A DNA stretch of 64,000 bases from Malacoraja senta (lineage: Eukaryota). Numbering within the stretch: the first letter of the stretch is position 1; every line of letters begins with the position of its first letter. The stretch covers positions 4,280,001 through 4,344,000 of the forward strand of contig CM075999.1 of NCBI GenBank assembly GCA_038087875.1, read 5' to 3'. Below, piece by piece: positions 11,101 through 25,263 of this stretch. Below the pieces are notes generated by a model that was not told the origin of the DNA, did not search any database, and saw only the letters and a list, made by a program, of their open reading frames with translations. The position numbers and the translations under genes were made by a program.

Positions 11101-13840
11101 CTGCAGGAGAATCACACAGATACACACAGGTGTATTTGTAAATGGACATTCCATCCTTAGACCAACACACACAGAACAGTTAGAAACGATTCACAAATGG
11201 TAATGTCCACGCACTCCCACAAACATGAACATTACTTATTCTGAACCGTTGTTCGATGTTGGGGATATTTGTTCATTAGGGACAAGGCTGGCAACACAAC
11301 TGCATCCTCTGATGTATTAAACATGGAAAAGCAAATAGTCTTCTTGTCTCTCCACAGACGCTGCGTGGCCTGGTGAATATTTGAGTGGTTTCCTGTTGTA
11401 CTCAATATTGGTTCACGCTACCATCAGAAACTAAACGTATTGAGCAAAGAGAAACATTCAGTCGGGCATAAAGCAATTCAGACCCTTCACAAATTAATTG
11501 TCCATTCTTTCTTTGTGTCAGAATCTTGCTGGACCTTTGGGTTCGATAACTGAAAGTCAGAGTGGAATGACTGATCCTTGACAATGACATCGGACCTTTA
11601 GTGCTCATGGGAAGGGAAAACTCATCTCCAATGCGAAACATGACTGTATTTCTAGTGCTTGCTTTTCACATTCTTGTTGGTGCACTGGAGCAGGATTCGG
11701 TGAAGTCTGGTGTCATGATTAAAGAGTTTCATTGGTTCCCTGCAGACGATTTCAGTCAACCAGGACTATTTAATTTTCTTGACCAGGGAATATGAACAAG
11801 GCAGGATTAGAACTTAATGAACTTGACGTTCTGTTTGGAAATGATTCAGCGTGACCTTAAACCCAAAGCACTTTCAGCGGCCTCCACATAAGCCAGGCTG
11901 AATGACAACTCTTATTTATAACAACTATCTGGCCTATATTTCCATTGCCTTTTCCCTGTCATCATCCCTTCCGCCTGCATGGACATCACAACCTGAACAA
12001 GATCACATTGAGCCCAGGTCATTGAGTTGAGTTTATTGTCAGATGTACAAGTCAATGAGGTACATTAAAGGGCTAGTCACAATTGGCCAGTCTCACTGGG
12101 GTTCAGGGGGCTGACCTGGATTGTAAGGGGCATGGATTAGATAGATCCATGGGTATCTGAATCTACAGGGCACAGGTTTATGATGAGAATGGAGACAGGG
12201 CCCTAATGCAGGCAAATGGGATTGGTGTGGAAAAGCATCAAGGTCAGCATGGATGAGATGGGCTGAAGGGCCTCTCTCTGTGACATGTACCCCGGGTCTC
12301 TAACTCAGTCAGCATCTAGACCAATACTTGCATAACCAAGGCAAAGAAGCTGCGGTCCAAATAGGATTGGTGTGGAAAAGTGTAATGATCGGCATGGACA
12401 TGACGGGCCAAAGGGCCTCTTTCTCTGCTGTACAGCTCCATGACTCGTGTCTATCAACGTCTGCTTAATCAAAGGAAGTCCCATGAAAACCGAGTTCAGG
12501 ACAGGTGTCTCACACGGACAAGTTGGTTCAAAATATGACAGAGCACATTGACGGCTTAATACGTTCAGCTCTGGAAGCCTGGGTGTGGGCATCAAGTGAC
12601 AAGAACTACAGAGGCAAAACATCACTGACCAGTGGGGAAGGTGTCCGGTACATCTGCCATCATCAGTGTAATGGCAAGGGTCAGGGTTATCAAGGTCTGG
12701 CCATTGTAAAACACAAAACCCTCAGATCACATCGAGTCACAGAGACAGCTGTAGCATGCCGAATCCATGACGACCTTCACTGGGAATGTTCCCAACATGA
12801 GTTGAGTTAGCACAGTCTGGGAATAGTTTATGGATAATAATAACTTTTCCCCAATTCAAATGAATGAGCCAAAATGGAATTTCTTAATGTCCTCCACAAC
12901 TCCCTGGCTGGTCAAAACCTATCATTTCCTGGCTCTGCTCTTGTGAGAAACATGCCAGTGCTTTGCCTCATGCTGTGTTTGGTTTTTTTTGCCACAATTA
13001 ATACCAGGCACCAACTCCAAGCCACACATCGACTGGGCGACAGAACAGGACAGAATGGGTTAGTAACAGAGTGAATTATCCAGAACATTCACTCCCACAT
13101 CTTGTACAATTTTTAGATTTCATTCCTACAAATCTACAGAGCAGAATGTGAGTTGTGAAATGCCGGATGTGTGGAAACATCGATCTGTTACTGTTGGGAT
13201 TGCACATGAGTACGATCACCATGCTGCCAACCTACATCATGTGTACAGCCCAGGAGCAGGCCATTCAGCCCAAGTGCAGCTGTGCTGACCTCAAGGTTCA
13301 TCTCCTCGCTGTGCACAGCCCTCCACCACATCTCCTCACTTGCCTGCCCAGCTTCTCCCTCATGCTGTTCACTCAACCTCTGACCTCCACATTCTCCCTG
13401 CTCTTTGGGGAGTGAAGTTCCTTCTAAATTTCCTGTTGGATTCCTTTACTTTGCTTCTGGAGAGGTGTGACGTTCTCACAGCTTGATGCAGGCCATGAGC
13501 AGATTGGATGGTCCACGAATGGGAAGTACACGTGAATAACAGAAGGAGCCGATCTCCTCACAACAGTCCCGTACCCCGCACCCTCCATCACACCCAGACC
13601 CCCTCCATCCCCACCCCAGGCTGTACCTGCCCCACCTGCGTAGTCTAAAGGTCCCACATTGGCCTCATCAACATCTGCAGACTGGAGTAGGAACCATTGT
13701 CAATGTACCCGGTAGAGTTCTTGCACCAACAACACACAGCCCTGCAAGACTTGGTGAGGAAGTGCACTGGGTCTGCCAGGGACCAGTGGGACCACAACTC
13801 TACCCCAGTACTGTCTGTGTGCACTCTCCCCTCCTCCTAC

Positions 13841-14002
13841 CTTGCTCCTGCAGAGATCTCAGGCCGAGTTCCGCCTCTTTGTGCAGGTTCTCTATGTCAG
13901 CGGGCCGAGCGGACGGGAGGAAGACGTTCTCCTGCCGATGCTGATATGGCGATGGTGTATAGTGCACTGTCCACTTTGCCTCATCATCAGACTGAGAGGC
14001 GA
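13841..14002 (-). CDS. KIAA1522: KIAA1522/NHSL3 exon 2 (ASQSDDEAKWTVHYTPSPYQHRQENVFLPSARPADIENLHKEAELGLRSLQEQ)
   Basis: Acceptor ttttattttcttgcag, donor AAG|gtagga, 162 bp, phase 1-1. Carries the NHS-family motif WTVHY..QENVFLP..RP...LH..A..GLRSL. Confidence 0.93.
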
Positions 14003-15639
14003 CTGCAAGAAAATAAAACGAAGCATCAGATCCAAGGTAGACAACATATTCACAAGCTGTTCCATAGTTTCACATTAACAACATACAAACCATGGCAGTA
14101 CTTCAGAGGTCCAACAAACTTGTATCGTTGGTCAATGAAAACTGTAAGGCAGCAAATAAACAGCAAATATTTCCTCTGGATTCAAGGCCAAAGCTGAATT
14201 ACCAGGTTGTAGATTGATGATGCATGTGAATCAATCACACTTATTTGGCATCACTAACTCCGCCCCATTATAACATTTATACTAACGCCCATTCCCAGCA
14301 CCGTTAGTGGAAGCAGCCAGGATGAACTGACAACACCTAGACCTGTAATGCTGCTAAGTTAATGTGCTGAATAAAGATGTGTGTAAATCTTATATGCTTT
14401 GAAGTGATTTACACAGGTGACCAATTTTCTGATTAGATTAAGGTTCGAAAATGCAACCTTTAAATTATTAAACATGGTCCAGTTCACAACAACTCAAGCA
14501 CACCAAATAGGGTAATAGGCCACTCGGCTCCTACCCTGCCCCTACCCCACTGATCTATGTTGGCCTCACTCCCCTTACAAACATTTCTCTGCCTCCACGT
14601 TACGTACATCCACTGACCCGTCTCCACCTGGCATGGGGCAGAGATTCGCGAGGGTTACCCATCCCTGAGAGAAGAAACCTCCAATATCAGTGTTAAACTC
14701 ACTTGTTCGTCTCCTTGTGGCCCTTGCGTTTCTTTATCTGCACCTTCTCTGTAACTGTGACACCTTATTCCTCTCATTTATTTTCATTTTTGCTCTGCCT
14801 GATGTTCTCACGAATGACATCATTTGACTGGAATACTCGCAAAAGAAACTCTTTCGCAGCCTCAGCACACGACAATGAATGATAAACCAGTGACTGGCCT
14901 CATTTTGTAACCATGTTCCTCTGTTGGAGACTCCAACATCTCCCCTGTCAAGCCCGCTTGGATCTTATCGGTTTCAATAAGGTCACCCCTCATTCTTCGA
15001 GATACCCAGGAATACAGACCCAGACTACTTGATCATCCTTGATACATCCACCTGACACAGAATTAGTTAGTGAATCTGCCTCAGACGGTCTCCTGTACCC
15101 TGTACATTCCAGTTAATACACAAAAAGACACAAAGGGCTGGAGTAACTCATCAGGTCAGGCAGTCTGAAGAAGGATCTCGACCCTTAAAGTCATCTATCC
15201 ATGTTCTCCAGAGATGCTGCCTGACCCGCTGAGTTACTCCAGCACTTTGTGTCTTTTCCTGTATCCAGGTGTGGTCTCGCCAACACTTGTTCAATGGTAG
15301 TAAACCTCCCTATTCTTAAACTCCCTTTGTACAAAGGCTGATATCTTGTTTACCTTCCTAACCACTTGTCGGACCTGCCTGTTAACTTTCTGTGATTCAT
15401 GCACCAGACCTCAGACTATCACTCTTGCACTCTCTCTCCATGTGGACAACCTGACTCCTCGACATATACACCTCCCACATTAAACTCCGTTTGCCATGTT
15501 TTTGCCCAGTCCTTCACTCTATCTCCAGTGTGGAGTCACAATGTCCTCATCACAACATGCCCTGACAGCTCCTTTCATTTCATTGATAAACTTGGAATCA
15601 TTATATTTTGTTCATCCCGACAGGCTTTTTTTTTAAGAG

Positions 15640-16115
15640 GAGCAGAATTAGATTCTGTGTGCAGTTCTGATCGCCCCGTTACTGAGAGGACGCAGAGGTG
15701 GTTACAAGATGCTGCCTGGATTAGAGGCATTCACTGTAAAGGGTTTTCTCTGGAGTGTCGGAGGCTGAGGGGAAACCCCATAGAAGTTTAAAAACTGATG
15801 GGAGGTTGAGACTAGGAAGTCAGTCAGAAGTTTTTTCACGGGATAGAAATGTCAAAGACTTTACGGTGAGAAGGGCAATGTTTAAAGGAGATATGAGTGG
15901 CAGGTTTTATGGGGATGGTGGAGGTAGATATGATCATGGTGTTTAAGAGGAGTTTAGATAGGCACATGGATATGCAGAGAATGGAGAGAATTGGATCACG
16001 TGCAGGAGAATTGGATCACGTGCAGGCAGAGGAGATTTGTTTAATTTGGCATCATGTTCGGCACAGATATTGTGGCCGAAGGGTCTTTTCCTGTGCTGTA
16101 CCGTTCTATGTTCTA
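15640..16115 (+). mobile_element. Decayed CR1 LINE 3' fragment
   Basis: FSLECRRLRGNPIEV remnant and tail ggccgaagggtc..tgctgtac..ttctatgttcta. Confidence 0.7.
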
Positions 16116-16681
16116 GGTAAATGCGGTATTTAAACAATGTTCTCGTCTCACACCAGCCAAATGCTAGTGAGCTCGGACTGACAAACAGCTTCCGCTCAGT
16201 AAGGGAGCTGGTTAGGAAAATAAAGGTCACTGCTCATTAATTAATAGCTGAAGGGAACTCAGAGTCCATTGTAACGGAAAGACAAGTCAGTGAAGCAACA
16301 AATGGAGTCAAGTATTTGTGGCATGCCTTTGATGTGCTGCTCAGCTCTGATCGTAATTGCCTGTCCCAGCTTGTTGTGGCCACGAGGAACTGTCACTTAA
16401 AGGTCTCGTCGGGGTTCACATTTGAACCTGAACCCCATCTGTTGGTGAGTTCTTGCACAAACACTGACAACACAACCCTGTTCCCACCTCAGCAATGGAA
16501 CGTCACCGACCACCTCTTGCTCTCCCCTCGACTTGTTCTCCAATTTGCAACAATGTCCTGTTTTTGCACCGTCTTCTTTATCCTTTTTACACTCTTGTAT
16601 AATTTGTGTGTAATTTATGTACAATTTATGCTTTTGTGTGTTGAGCCTTTGTGCCTGTGATGCTGCTGCAAGCAAGATTGT

Positions 16682-16932
16682 CACCGTACCTGTACTTCAC
16701 CACACCTGTACCTCATCCTACCTGTACATCACCATACCTGTACCACACCTGTACCTGTACCTCATCCTACCTGTACATCACCATACCTGTGCCACACCTG
16801 TACCTGTACCACACCATACCTGTACATCACCGTACCTGTACTTCACCGTACCTGTACTTCACCGTACCTGTACCTCACCCAACCTGTACCTGTACCACAC
16901 CATACCTGTACATCACCGTACCTGTACATTAC
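16682..16932. repeat. Low-complexity cctgta/cacc tandem repeat
   Basis: Repeated acctgtac motif. A similar tract lies at about 47378-47495. Confidence 0.8.
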
Positions 16933-18789
16933 CATAGCTGTGCATCTGACAGTAAACTCCACCCCTCTTGAGCTCATCCAGATTATTACCGAGGTGCGAG
17001 AGAGGGGAAGTATCAGCTGCTTCTACACAAACCCTTCAGAGTAGCGGAATGTAAGATGATTCTCAGCAACATTCGGTGTGCTGGATAACAACACACTCTA
17101 GATGCTGCTAATTACTTGAAAATAAAATCCCTGCTCCACCTTCCCACAAGATCATTGCCTTCATCAGTCAGGTACTGAGTGCAGGAGTTGGGACGGCATC
17201 TTACAAATGTACTCGATGTAATGAGACACACTTGGAGAACTGAGTACACATCTGGTGGCCTGCTATACGAAGGATTCCGAGGATGTTGGCAGGTCTGGAA
17301 GGTTTGAGTTACATGGAGAGGCCGGGACTGTTTGTGAAGGAGACATGAGGGGCATGGGTAAGCTGAATGGTCACAGTACTGTCCCCAGGGTCTAATACTA
17401 GAGGGCATCGCTATAAGGTGAGAGGGGAAACATTTACAAGGGAGACGAGTGACATCGTTATCACACAGAGGGTGCTGGGTATATGGATCGAGCTGCCAGA
17501 GGAAGTGGTAGAGATGGTACAATCATGACATTTAAAAAACACTTGGGTACATGGACAGGGAAAGGTTTGGAGGGATGTGGGCCAGTGCTGCAAGTGGGAC
17601 TAGCTCAGTCGGCACGGATGAGATGGGCTGAAGGGTCTGTCTCCATGCTAGCTGACTGCACTCAATGTGATTCTGGATACGGGACGATGTGAGGGATGTG
17701 GGGATATACGGGAACACAGTGGCGGTGGTCAGCCATCGTCTTATTGGATGGCAAACACTGGCTCAAAGGGCAGTACATCAAGAATAAATACTTTCAGAAA
17801 TGTCCGAGCCACATTGCAGTGTGCAGGGAGTGGCCCCGCCCGGATGGTTCAGTCTTGGGGCAGGGATGCCACACATGATGAATTGCCTTCCACACAACAA
17901 GGTCTTGACTGGTGATGTTGGTGCTTCTGCTCCACTGATGAATCAAGTCAGTCGTCGCCATCAGTACACACTATAATACGGTGTGTGTGAAATATTACTG
18001 CCTCACCAGCAGGTAACAGATTTTACAGATGACAGGGTGCTATTTAACATAAATAAGCAGCTACCACACACCAGCCCTGCTTAAGTACAGGGCAGATCTG
18101 TCAGACAGCTGTGCTGTAGTATTCATCAAGCAGTCGCTAATAACACACTGTGGGAACTGGTGCCTGCCTTCTCTCAGTGAGAGAGAGCTGCCAAACATTC
18201 CCAGAATTCCACGCTGGGCCATTAAAAACAGAACATTCCAGAAACACTCGTTGGATGGGACACTGTGGATGGAAAGATGATGTCCAGCTCTCCAACCTGA
18301 CATAGTTCATAAGTTCTTAAGTTATAGGAGCAGAATTAGGCCATTCGGCCCATTGAGTCTATTCCGCCATTCAATCATGGCTGATCTATCTCTCCCTCTC
18401 AACCCCATTCTCCTGCCTTCTCCCCTTAACCCCTGACACCCTTAATAATCTCATGACCTATTGAGTGTATCCAGCCTTTACTGTTGATGCTTGTTGCGTG
18501 CTTAACAAATGTGGGATTGTGTCATTAGGTTGGAAAGTGTGCAGGACAGATTCACCAAGACGTTACCTGTCCATTCTCTCCACAGATACTGCCTGACCCA
18601 CTGAGTTCCACCAGCAGTTTTGTTTTAGAGTACCAAATTACAGAGACAAATCCAAACAATAGCTACATAAAAATATTTTCCATACTAATTACAAAATATT
18701 TAAAGTAAGTAGAATGCCAACATAGACACATAACAGCACGGAAACAAGCCTTACGGCCCAACTTGTCCATGGCAGCCAAGATTCCCATC

Positions 18790-19220
18790 GCACAGACCAG
18801 ACCTCCCCACCATTGCTCCACTTACACTTCACGCTGCCTCGGGAAAACAGTCAACCTAATCAAAGACTTTTACCACCTGAGCCTTCTTTCTTCTCCCCGC
18901 TCCCGTCCGGCAGAAGGTACAGAAACTTGAAAGTGCGCACCACCAGACTCAGGAACAGCTTCTTCCCCTGTTATCAGGCTTCTGAATGGTCCTTACATAA
19001 GCTAGGGTACTGTCCGATTCACCTCTACCCCATTGTGGACGTTGATGCTCTACAATGCTGAGAACTATATTCTGCACTCTGTATCTTGTCCTTTGCTCCA
19101 CCTATTGTACCAGTTTGATCTGATTGTATCCATGTATGTTATATCTGCTTTGTTTGGATAACGTGCAAAACAAGGCTTTTCACTGTACCTCGGTACATGT
19201 GACAATAATAAACCTAAACC
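18790..19220 (+). mobile_element. Rex/Babar-type LINE 3' end
   Basis: PLPSGRRYRNLKVRTTRLRNSFFP C-terminal motif plus 3'UTR ending aataataaacctaaacc. Confidence 0.7.
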
Positions 19221-19368
19221 CATCTTTGCAAGCTCCATTTACTCTAGTTTGGAGCATTTCCCTCCAAACATCTCCTATTCATGCAGCCGTACAAGCGTTT
19301 TTTAAACATCTTTAACATCTCAATAAACTTTGAAACTCTGTCACCCTGCCCTTAACTGTTTACCCACT

Positions 19369-22300
19369 CATAGATACATAGAAAATAGGTGCAGGAGTGG
19401 GCCCATTCGGCCCTTCGAGCCTGCACCGCCATTCAATATGATCATGGCTGATCATCCAACTCAGTATCCCGTACCTGCCTTCTCTCCATACCCCCTGATC
19501 CCTTTAGCCACAAGGGCCACATCTAACTCCCTCTTAAATATAGCCAATGAACTGGCCTCAACTACCCTCTGTGGCAGAGAGTTCCAGAGATTCACCACTC
19601 TCTGTGTGAAAAAGTTTTTTCTCATCTCGGTCTTAAAGGATTTCCCCTTAATCCTTAAGCTGTGACCCCTTGTCCTGGACTTCCCAAAACATCGGGAATA
19701 ATCTTCCTGCATCTAGCCTGTCCAACCCCATAAGAATTTTGTACGTTTCTATAAGATCCCCTCTCAATCTCCTAAATTCTAGCGAGTATAAGCCAAGTCT
19801 ATCCAGTCTTTCTTCATATGAAAGTCCTGACATCCCAGGAATCAGTCTGGTGAACCTTCTCTGCACTCGCTCTATGGCTATAATGTCCTTCCTCAGATTT
19901 GGAGACCAAAACTGTACGCAATACTCCAGGTGTGGTCTCACCAAGACCCTGTACAACTGCAGTAGAACCTCCCTGCTCCTATACTCAAATCCTTTTGCTA
20001 TGAAAGCTAACATACCATTCGCTTTCTTCACTGCCTGCTGCACCTGCATGCCTACTTTCAATGACTGGTGTACCATGACACCCAGGTCTCGCTGCATCTC
20101 CCCTTTTCCTAATGTGCTGCTATCCCATCTTTAATAACTGACTCTAGCAGTTTCCCCACTACCGATGTTAGACTAACTGGTCTGTAATTCCCCGTTTTCT
20201 CTCTCCCTCCCTTCTTAAAAAGTGGGGTTACGTTTGCTACCCTCCAATCCTCAGGAACTACTCCAGAATCTAAAGAGTTTTGAAAAATTATCACTAATGC
20301 ATCCACTATTTCTGGAGCTACTTCCTTAAGTACTCTGGGATGCAGCCTATCTGGCCCTGGTGATTTATCGGCCTTTAATCCATTCAATTTACCCAACACC
20401 ACTTCCCGACTAACCTGGATTTCACTCAGTTCCTCCATCTCCTTTGACCCGTGGTCCCCTGCTATTTCCGGCAGATTATTTATGTCTTCCTTAGTGAAGA
20501 CAGAACCAAAGTAGTTATTCAATTGGTCCGCCATATCCTTGTTCCCCATGATCAATTCACCTGTTTCTGACTGCAAGTGACCTACATTTGTTTTAACTAA
20601 TCTCTTTCTCTTCACATATCTATAAAAACTTTTGCAGTCAGTTTTTATGTTCCCTGCCAGTTTTCTTTCATAATCTATTTTCCCTTTCTTAATTAAGCCC
20701 TTTGTCCTCCTCTGCTGGTCTCTGAATTTCTCCCAGTCCTCTGGTATGCTGCTTTTTCTGGATAATTTGTACGCATCATCTTTTGCTTTGATACTATCCC
20801 TGATTTTCCTTGTTATCCACGGATGCACTACCTTCCCTGATTTATTCTTTTGCCAAACTGGGATGAACAATTTTTGTAGTTCATCCATGCAGTCTTTAAA
20901 TGCCTTCCATTGCATATCCACCGTCAACCCTTTTAGAACTAATTGCCAGTCAATCTTGGCCAATTCACGTCTCATACCTTCAAAGTTACCTTTCTTTAAG
21001 TTCAGAACCATTGTTTCTGAATTAACAATGTCACTCTCCATCCTAATGAAGAACTCAACCATATTATGGTCACTCTTGCCCAAGGGGGCACGCACAACAA
21101 GACTGCTAACTAACCCTTCCTCATTACTCAATACCCAGTCTAGAATAGCCTGCTCTCTCGTTGGTTCCTCTACATGTTGGTTTAGATAACTATCCCGCAT
21201 ACATTCCAAGAAATCCTCTTCCTCAGCACCCCTGCCAATTTGATTCACCCAATCTATATGTAGATTGAAGTCACCCATTATAACTGTTTTGCCTTTGTTG
21301 CACGCATTTCTAATTTCCTGTTTGATGCCATCCCCAACTTCACTACTACTGCTAGGTGGCCTGTACTCAACACCCACCAGCATTTTCTGCCCCTTAGTGT
21401 TTCGCAGCTCTACCCATACCGATTCCACATCCTCCAAGCTAATGTCCTTCCTTTCCACTGCGTTAATCTCCTCTCTAACCAGCAACGCTACCCCACCTCC
21501 TTTTCCTTTCTCTCTATCCCTCCTGAATATTGAATATCCCTGGATGTTCAGCTCCCAGCCTTGGTCACCCTGGAGCCATGTCTCCATGATCCCAACTATA
21601 TCATAATCATTAATAGCTATCTGCATGTTCAACTCATCCACCTTATTATGAATGCTCCTTGCATTGAGACACAAAGCCTTCGGGCTTGTTTTTACAACGC
21701 TCTTACCCCTTATACAATTATGTTGAAAGTGGCCCTTTTTGATTTTTGCCGTGGATTTGTCTGCCTGCCACTTTTACTTTTCACCTTGCTACCTATTGCT
21801 TCCGCCTGCATTTTACACCCCTCTGTTTCTCTGCTCACCCATTTAAGAACCTCACCACCTCTTATTCTCTGTTTATTATTGTTTTCTTCTTTCCTCCCTA
21901 CATGTTGGGTCTGAGTGCTTTCCTTCTCAGCCTCCTGCCTCACACACTGTCTAATAGCTTTCTCTATTTGAGTCCCTCCCCCCAACCATTCTAGTTTAAA
22001 GTCTCCCCAGTAGCCTTTGCAGATCTCCCCGCCAGGATATCGGTCCCCCTCAGGTTCAAGTGCAACCCATCCTTTTTGTACAGGTCGCACCTTCCACAAA
22101 AGAGGTCCCAATGATCCAGAAATTTGAATCCCTGCCCTCTGCACCAGTCCTTCAGCCACGCATTTATCCTCCATCTCGCTCCATTCCTACTCTCACTGTC
22201 GCGTGGCACAGGCAGTAATCCCGAGATTGTTACCTTTGCTGTCCTTCTCTTTAACTCCCCTCCTAACTCCCTAAATTCTCCTTTCAGGACCTCTTCTCTT

Positions 22301-23607
22301 TTTTTACCTATGTCATTGGTACCTATATGTACCACGACCTCAGGCTCTTCTCCCTGCCCTTTCAGGATATCTTGGACACGTTGAGACACATCACAGACCC
22401 TGGCACCAGGGAGGCAAACTACCATCCGGGTCTCCCGACTGCGTCCACAGAATCGCCTGTCTGACCCCCTAACTATAGAGTCCCCTATTACTACTGCCCT
22501 CCTCTTCTTTTCCTTACCCTTCTGAGCAACAGGACCGGTCTCTATACCGGAGGCCCGGCCGCTGTCGCTACCCCCAGGTAGGCTGTCCCCCCCAACAGTG
22601 CTCAAACAGGAGTACTTATTGTCAAGGTGTACAGCCACCTGGGTACTCTCTAGTCCCTGCGTGTGCCCCTTGCCTCTCCCAACCGTGATCCACTTGCTGG
22701 CCTCCTGTGGTCTTGGAGTGACCACATCCCTGTAACTCCTCTCAATGACTTCCTCGCTCTCCCTGACCAGACGGAGGTCATCGAGCTGCTACTCCAGGTT
22801 CCTAATACGGTCCCTTAGGAGCCCCATCTCGATACACCTGGTGCAGATGTGGACGTCTGGAGGGCTATCAGACTCCATGACTTCCCACATCTGACATCCA
22901 GAACAGTAAACTGCCCTGGCCCTCATACTCCCCTTACCCTGGATACAATACATCTGACATCCAGAACAGTAAACTGCCCTGGCCCTCATACTCCCCTTAC
23001 CCTGGATACAATACATCTGACATCCAGAACAGTAAACTGCCCTGGCCCTCATACTCCCCTTACCCTGGATACAATACATCTGACATCCAGAACAGTAAAC
23101 TGCCCTGGCCCTCATACTCCCCCCTTACCCTGGATACAATACATCTGACATCCAGAACAGTAACTGCCCTGGCCCTCATACTCCCCTTACCCTGGATACA
23201 ATACATCTGACATCCAGAACAGTAAACTGCCCTGGCCCTCATACTCCCCTTACCCTGGATACAATACATCTGACATCCAGAACAGTAAACTGCCCTGGCC
23301 CTCATACTCCCCCCTTACCCTAGGATACAATACAAAAACAAACTGCTACAATACAATCAGCAGGGATCTGACTCCCAATCAGCTGCTCCCTCTTGTCTGC
23401 TTCCACCAACCAGCGGCTTCCTCCAAGCCCACTTGTTTTTGAAGTGGAACTTGGAACGTTACAGATTTCGGTTCCTCCTCCCTCTGCGACCGACCGCTCC
23501 AACGGCTCTCGGGCCTCTGTAAGAAGCAAGCCCCGCGCTCCACTTTATCTCCTACCGCTCGGGTGTAGCTCCTCCCTCTGCGACCGCTCCAACAGCTCTC
23601 GGGCCTC
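19369..23607 (-). mobile_element. Near full-length CR1 LINE with internal RT deletion
   Basis: 5'UTR about 23330-23607. ORF1 has an N-terminal Cys-rich finger and SGNH esterase motifs (GDSIVR, VHIGTND, DGLHLN; 22789-23115 and 21991-22725). ORF2 APE endonuclease (20109-21674: NARSI, GDFN, SDH). ORF2 C-terminus at 19461-20097. Tail ctattttctatgtatctatg. Confidence 0.93.
22888..23332 (-). repeat. 7 x ~63-bp tandem array of the CR1 ORF1 start
   Basis: Each unit encodes MRARAVYCSGCQMYCIQGKGS. Small indels in 3 units. Confidence 0.92.
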
Positions 23608-23609
23608 AT

Positions 23610-24190
23610 CATGCATCCTCTAACATAGTAGCATGCTCACCCTCACGAGGACACATTCACCCTGCATCCTGTAATGTAGAATACTGTGTGGCCTCTAATA
23701 TAGTACACAGTGCATCCTCTAATGTAGACTACCCTGCATCCTCTAACATGGAACACCCTGCATCCTCTAACATAGAACACCCTGCATCCTCTAATATGGA
23801 GCGTGTTCACCCTTGGCCAAACACACAACCTGAATTCTCTAAAAAAGTACACAGTGCATCTTTAATGTAGAGCACAGTGTATCCTCTAGCATGGAGCGTG
23901 TTCACCCTCAGTGAGCACACACTCACCCTGCATCCTCTAATGTACAACACAGTGTATCCTCTAACATGGAACACAATGTATCCTCTAACATAGAACGTGG
24001 TCACCTCAGTCAAGCACAACTCATCGTGCATGCTCTAGCATGGAGCATGTTCACTCTTGGTCCAACACACTCACCCTGCATCCTCTAATGTAGAACACTG
24101 TGCATCTTCTAACGTAGAACGTAGAACGTGCTCACTCTCGGCCAAGCACAACTCATCGTGCATGCTCTAACGTAGAACAGTGGCAACCTC
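23610..24190. repeat. Degenerate minisatellite (gcatcctctaa..tagaacac)
   Basis: Recurrent tgcatcctctaa motif with roughly 24-bp spacing. Confidence 0.75.
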
Positions 24191-25263
24191 TTCATGTTCA
24201 CACTCAGACCAGTCATGTCACATTGGTGAAGCCCTGGCTTCTCCAACTCCATCAACATCATCCACGGCACAAGAATGAAGCAAGATCTTGTTGCAATAAG
24301 TCATGGATTAACTTGCTTTTTATTAAAAACACCACTGCCAAATCAGTGCATGACACATACCAGCCCCAACCAATAAACTGCATAGGGCCTTTCAAACTCA
24401 GCAAATCCCAGTGGGTTACATCAACAGCTAAGTCCTTTTTCCTCAAGGCAATGCATAACTTGAATAACTTTTAACCTTTTCTGTGACAGCTCCAAACCCA
24501 TTTGCACAATGGTTAATCTTTGTCCCCTTTATCCTGTATCTGTGCACAGAGGACGGCTCGATTATAATCATGTTTAAATCCTTCCTTTGACTGGTTAGCA
24601 CGCAAACAAACGTTTTTCACTGTACCTCTGTACAGGCAAGAATAAACAACAAACTAAATCGATTCAGTCAGGATTGGTTTAATAGTACATCATGGTTTGC
24701 ATACAGCTCAGTAAAAATCTTACTGTATACAAGCACATACTTAAGTACAAGAGTGTGGGAATGGTAGGTTACAGAGACAATGCACTAGAGTGGCCACACA
24801 GTGCTGGAGCTGGAGGGTCAGCCTGGCCACGTGTTACTGTTGGTGCCTCCACCTCTGCAGCTGCAGTTGGCATTGGCAGCTAAGACCACACTTGTCCCGC
24901 TCTGCTCTCTGTTTCCCAGAACTCTGTACCCTCTCAGGTACCCCACCCCCACCAACCCCCTCACTCCCCCACCCACCCCACCTGACGCCAAGGGAAACAA
25001 ACTCTCCACAGATGCTGCCTGACCCACTGAGCTCCTCCACAACTTTATTCTTCGCTCAATACTCCAGCATCTACAGTTTCTTGTATCTCTTTATAAACTT
25101 TGGAACTTGACTACATTTAAAGTTATTTTTAGAAATGATTGGTAAAAGGCAAGAATGGCAATTAAGTTCTTAAGTTCATGTCATTCATTTGATCTTTATC
25201 CAGCCCAGCAGAACTCCAACCAGTTACGTATGTAACTGATGTGTTAAACTGACAGAAAGCTTC

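Noticed and set aside
18190..18245. Cluster of TEAD-like CATTCC motifs
   Set aside because: Short motifs that cannot be distinguished from chance without conservation or ChIP data.
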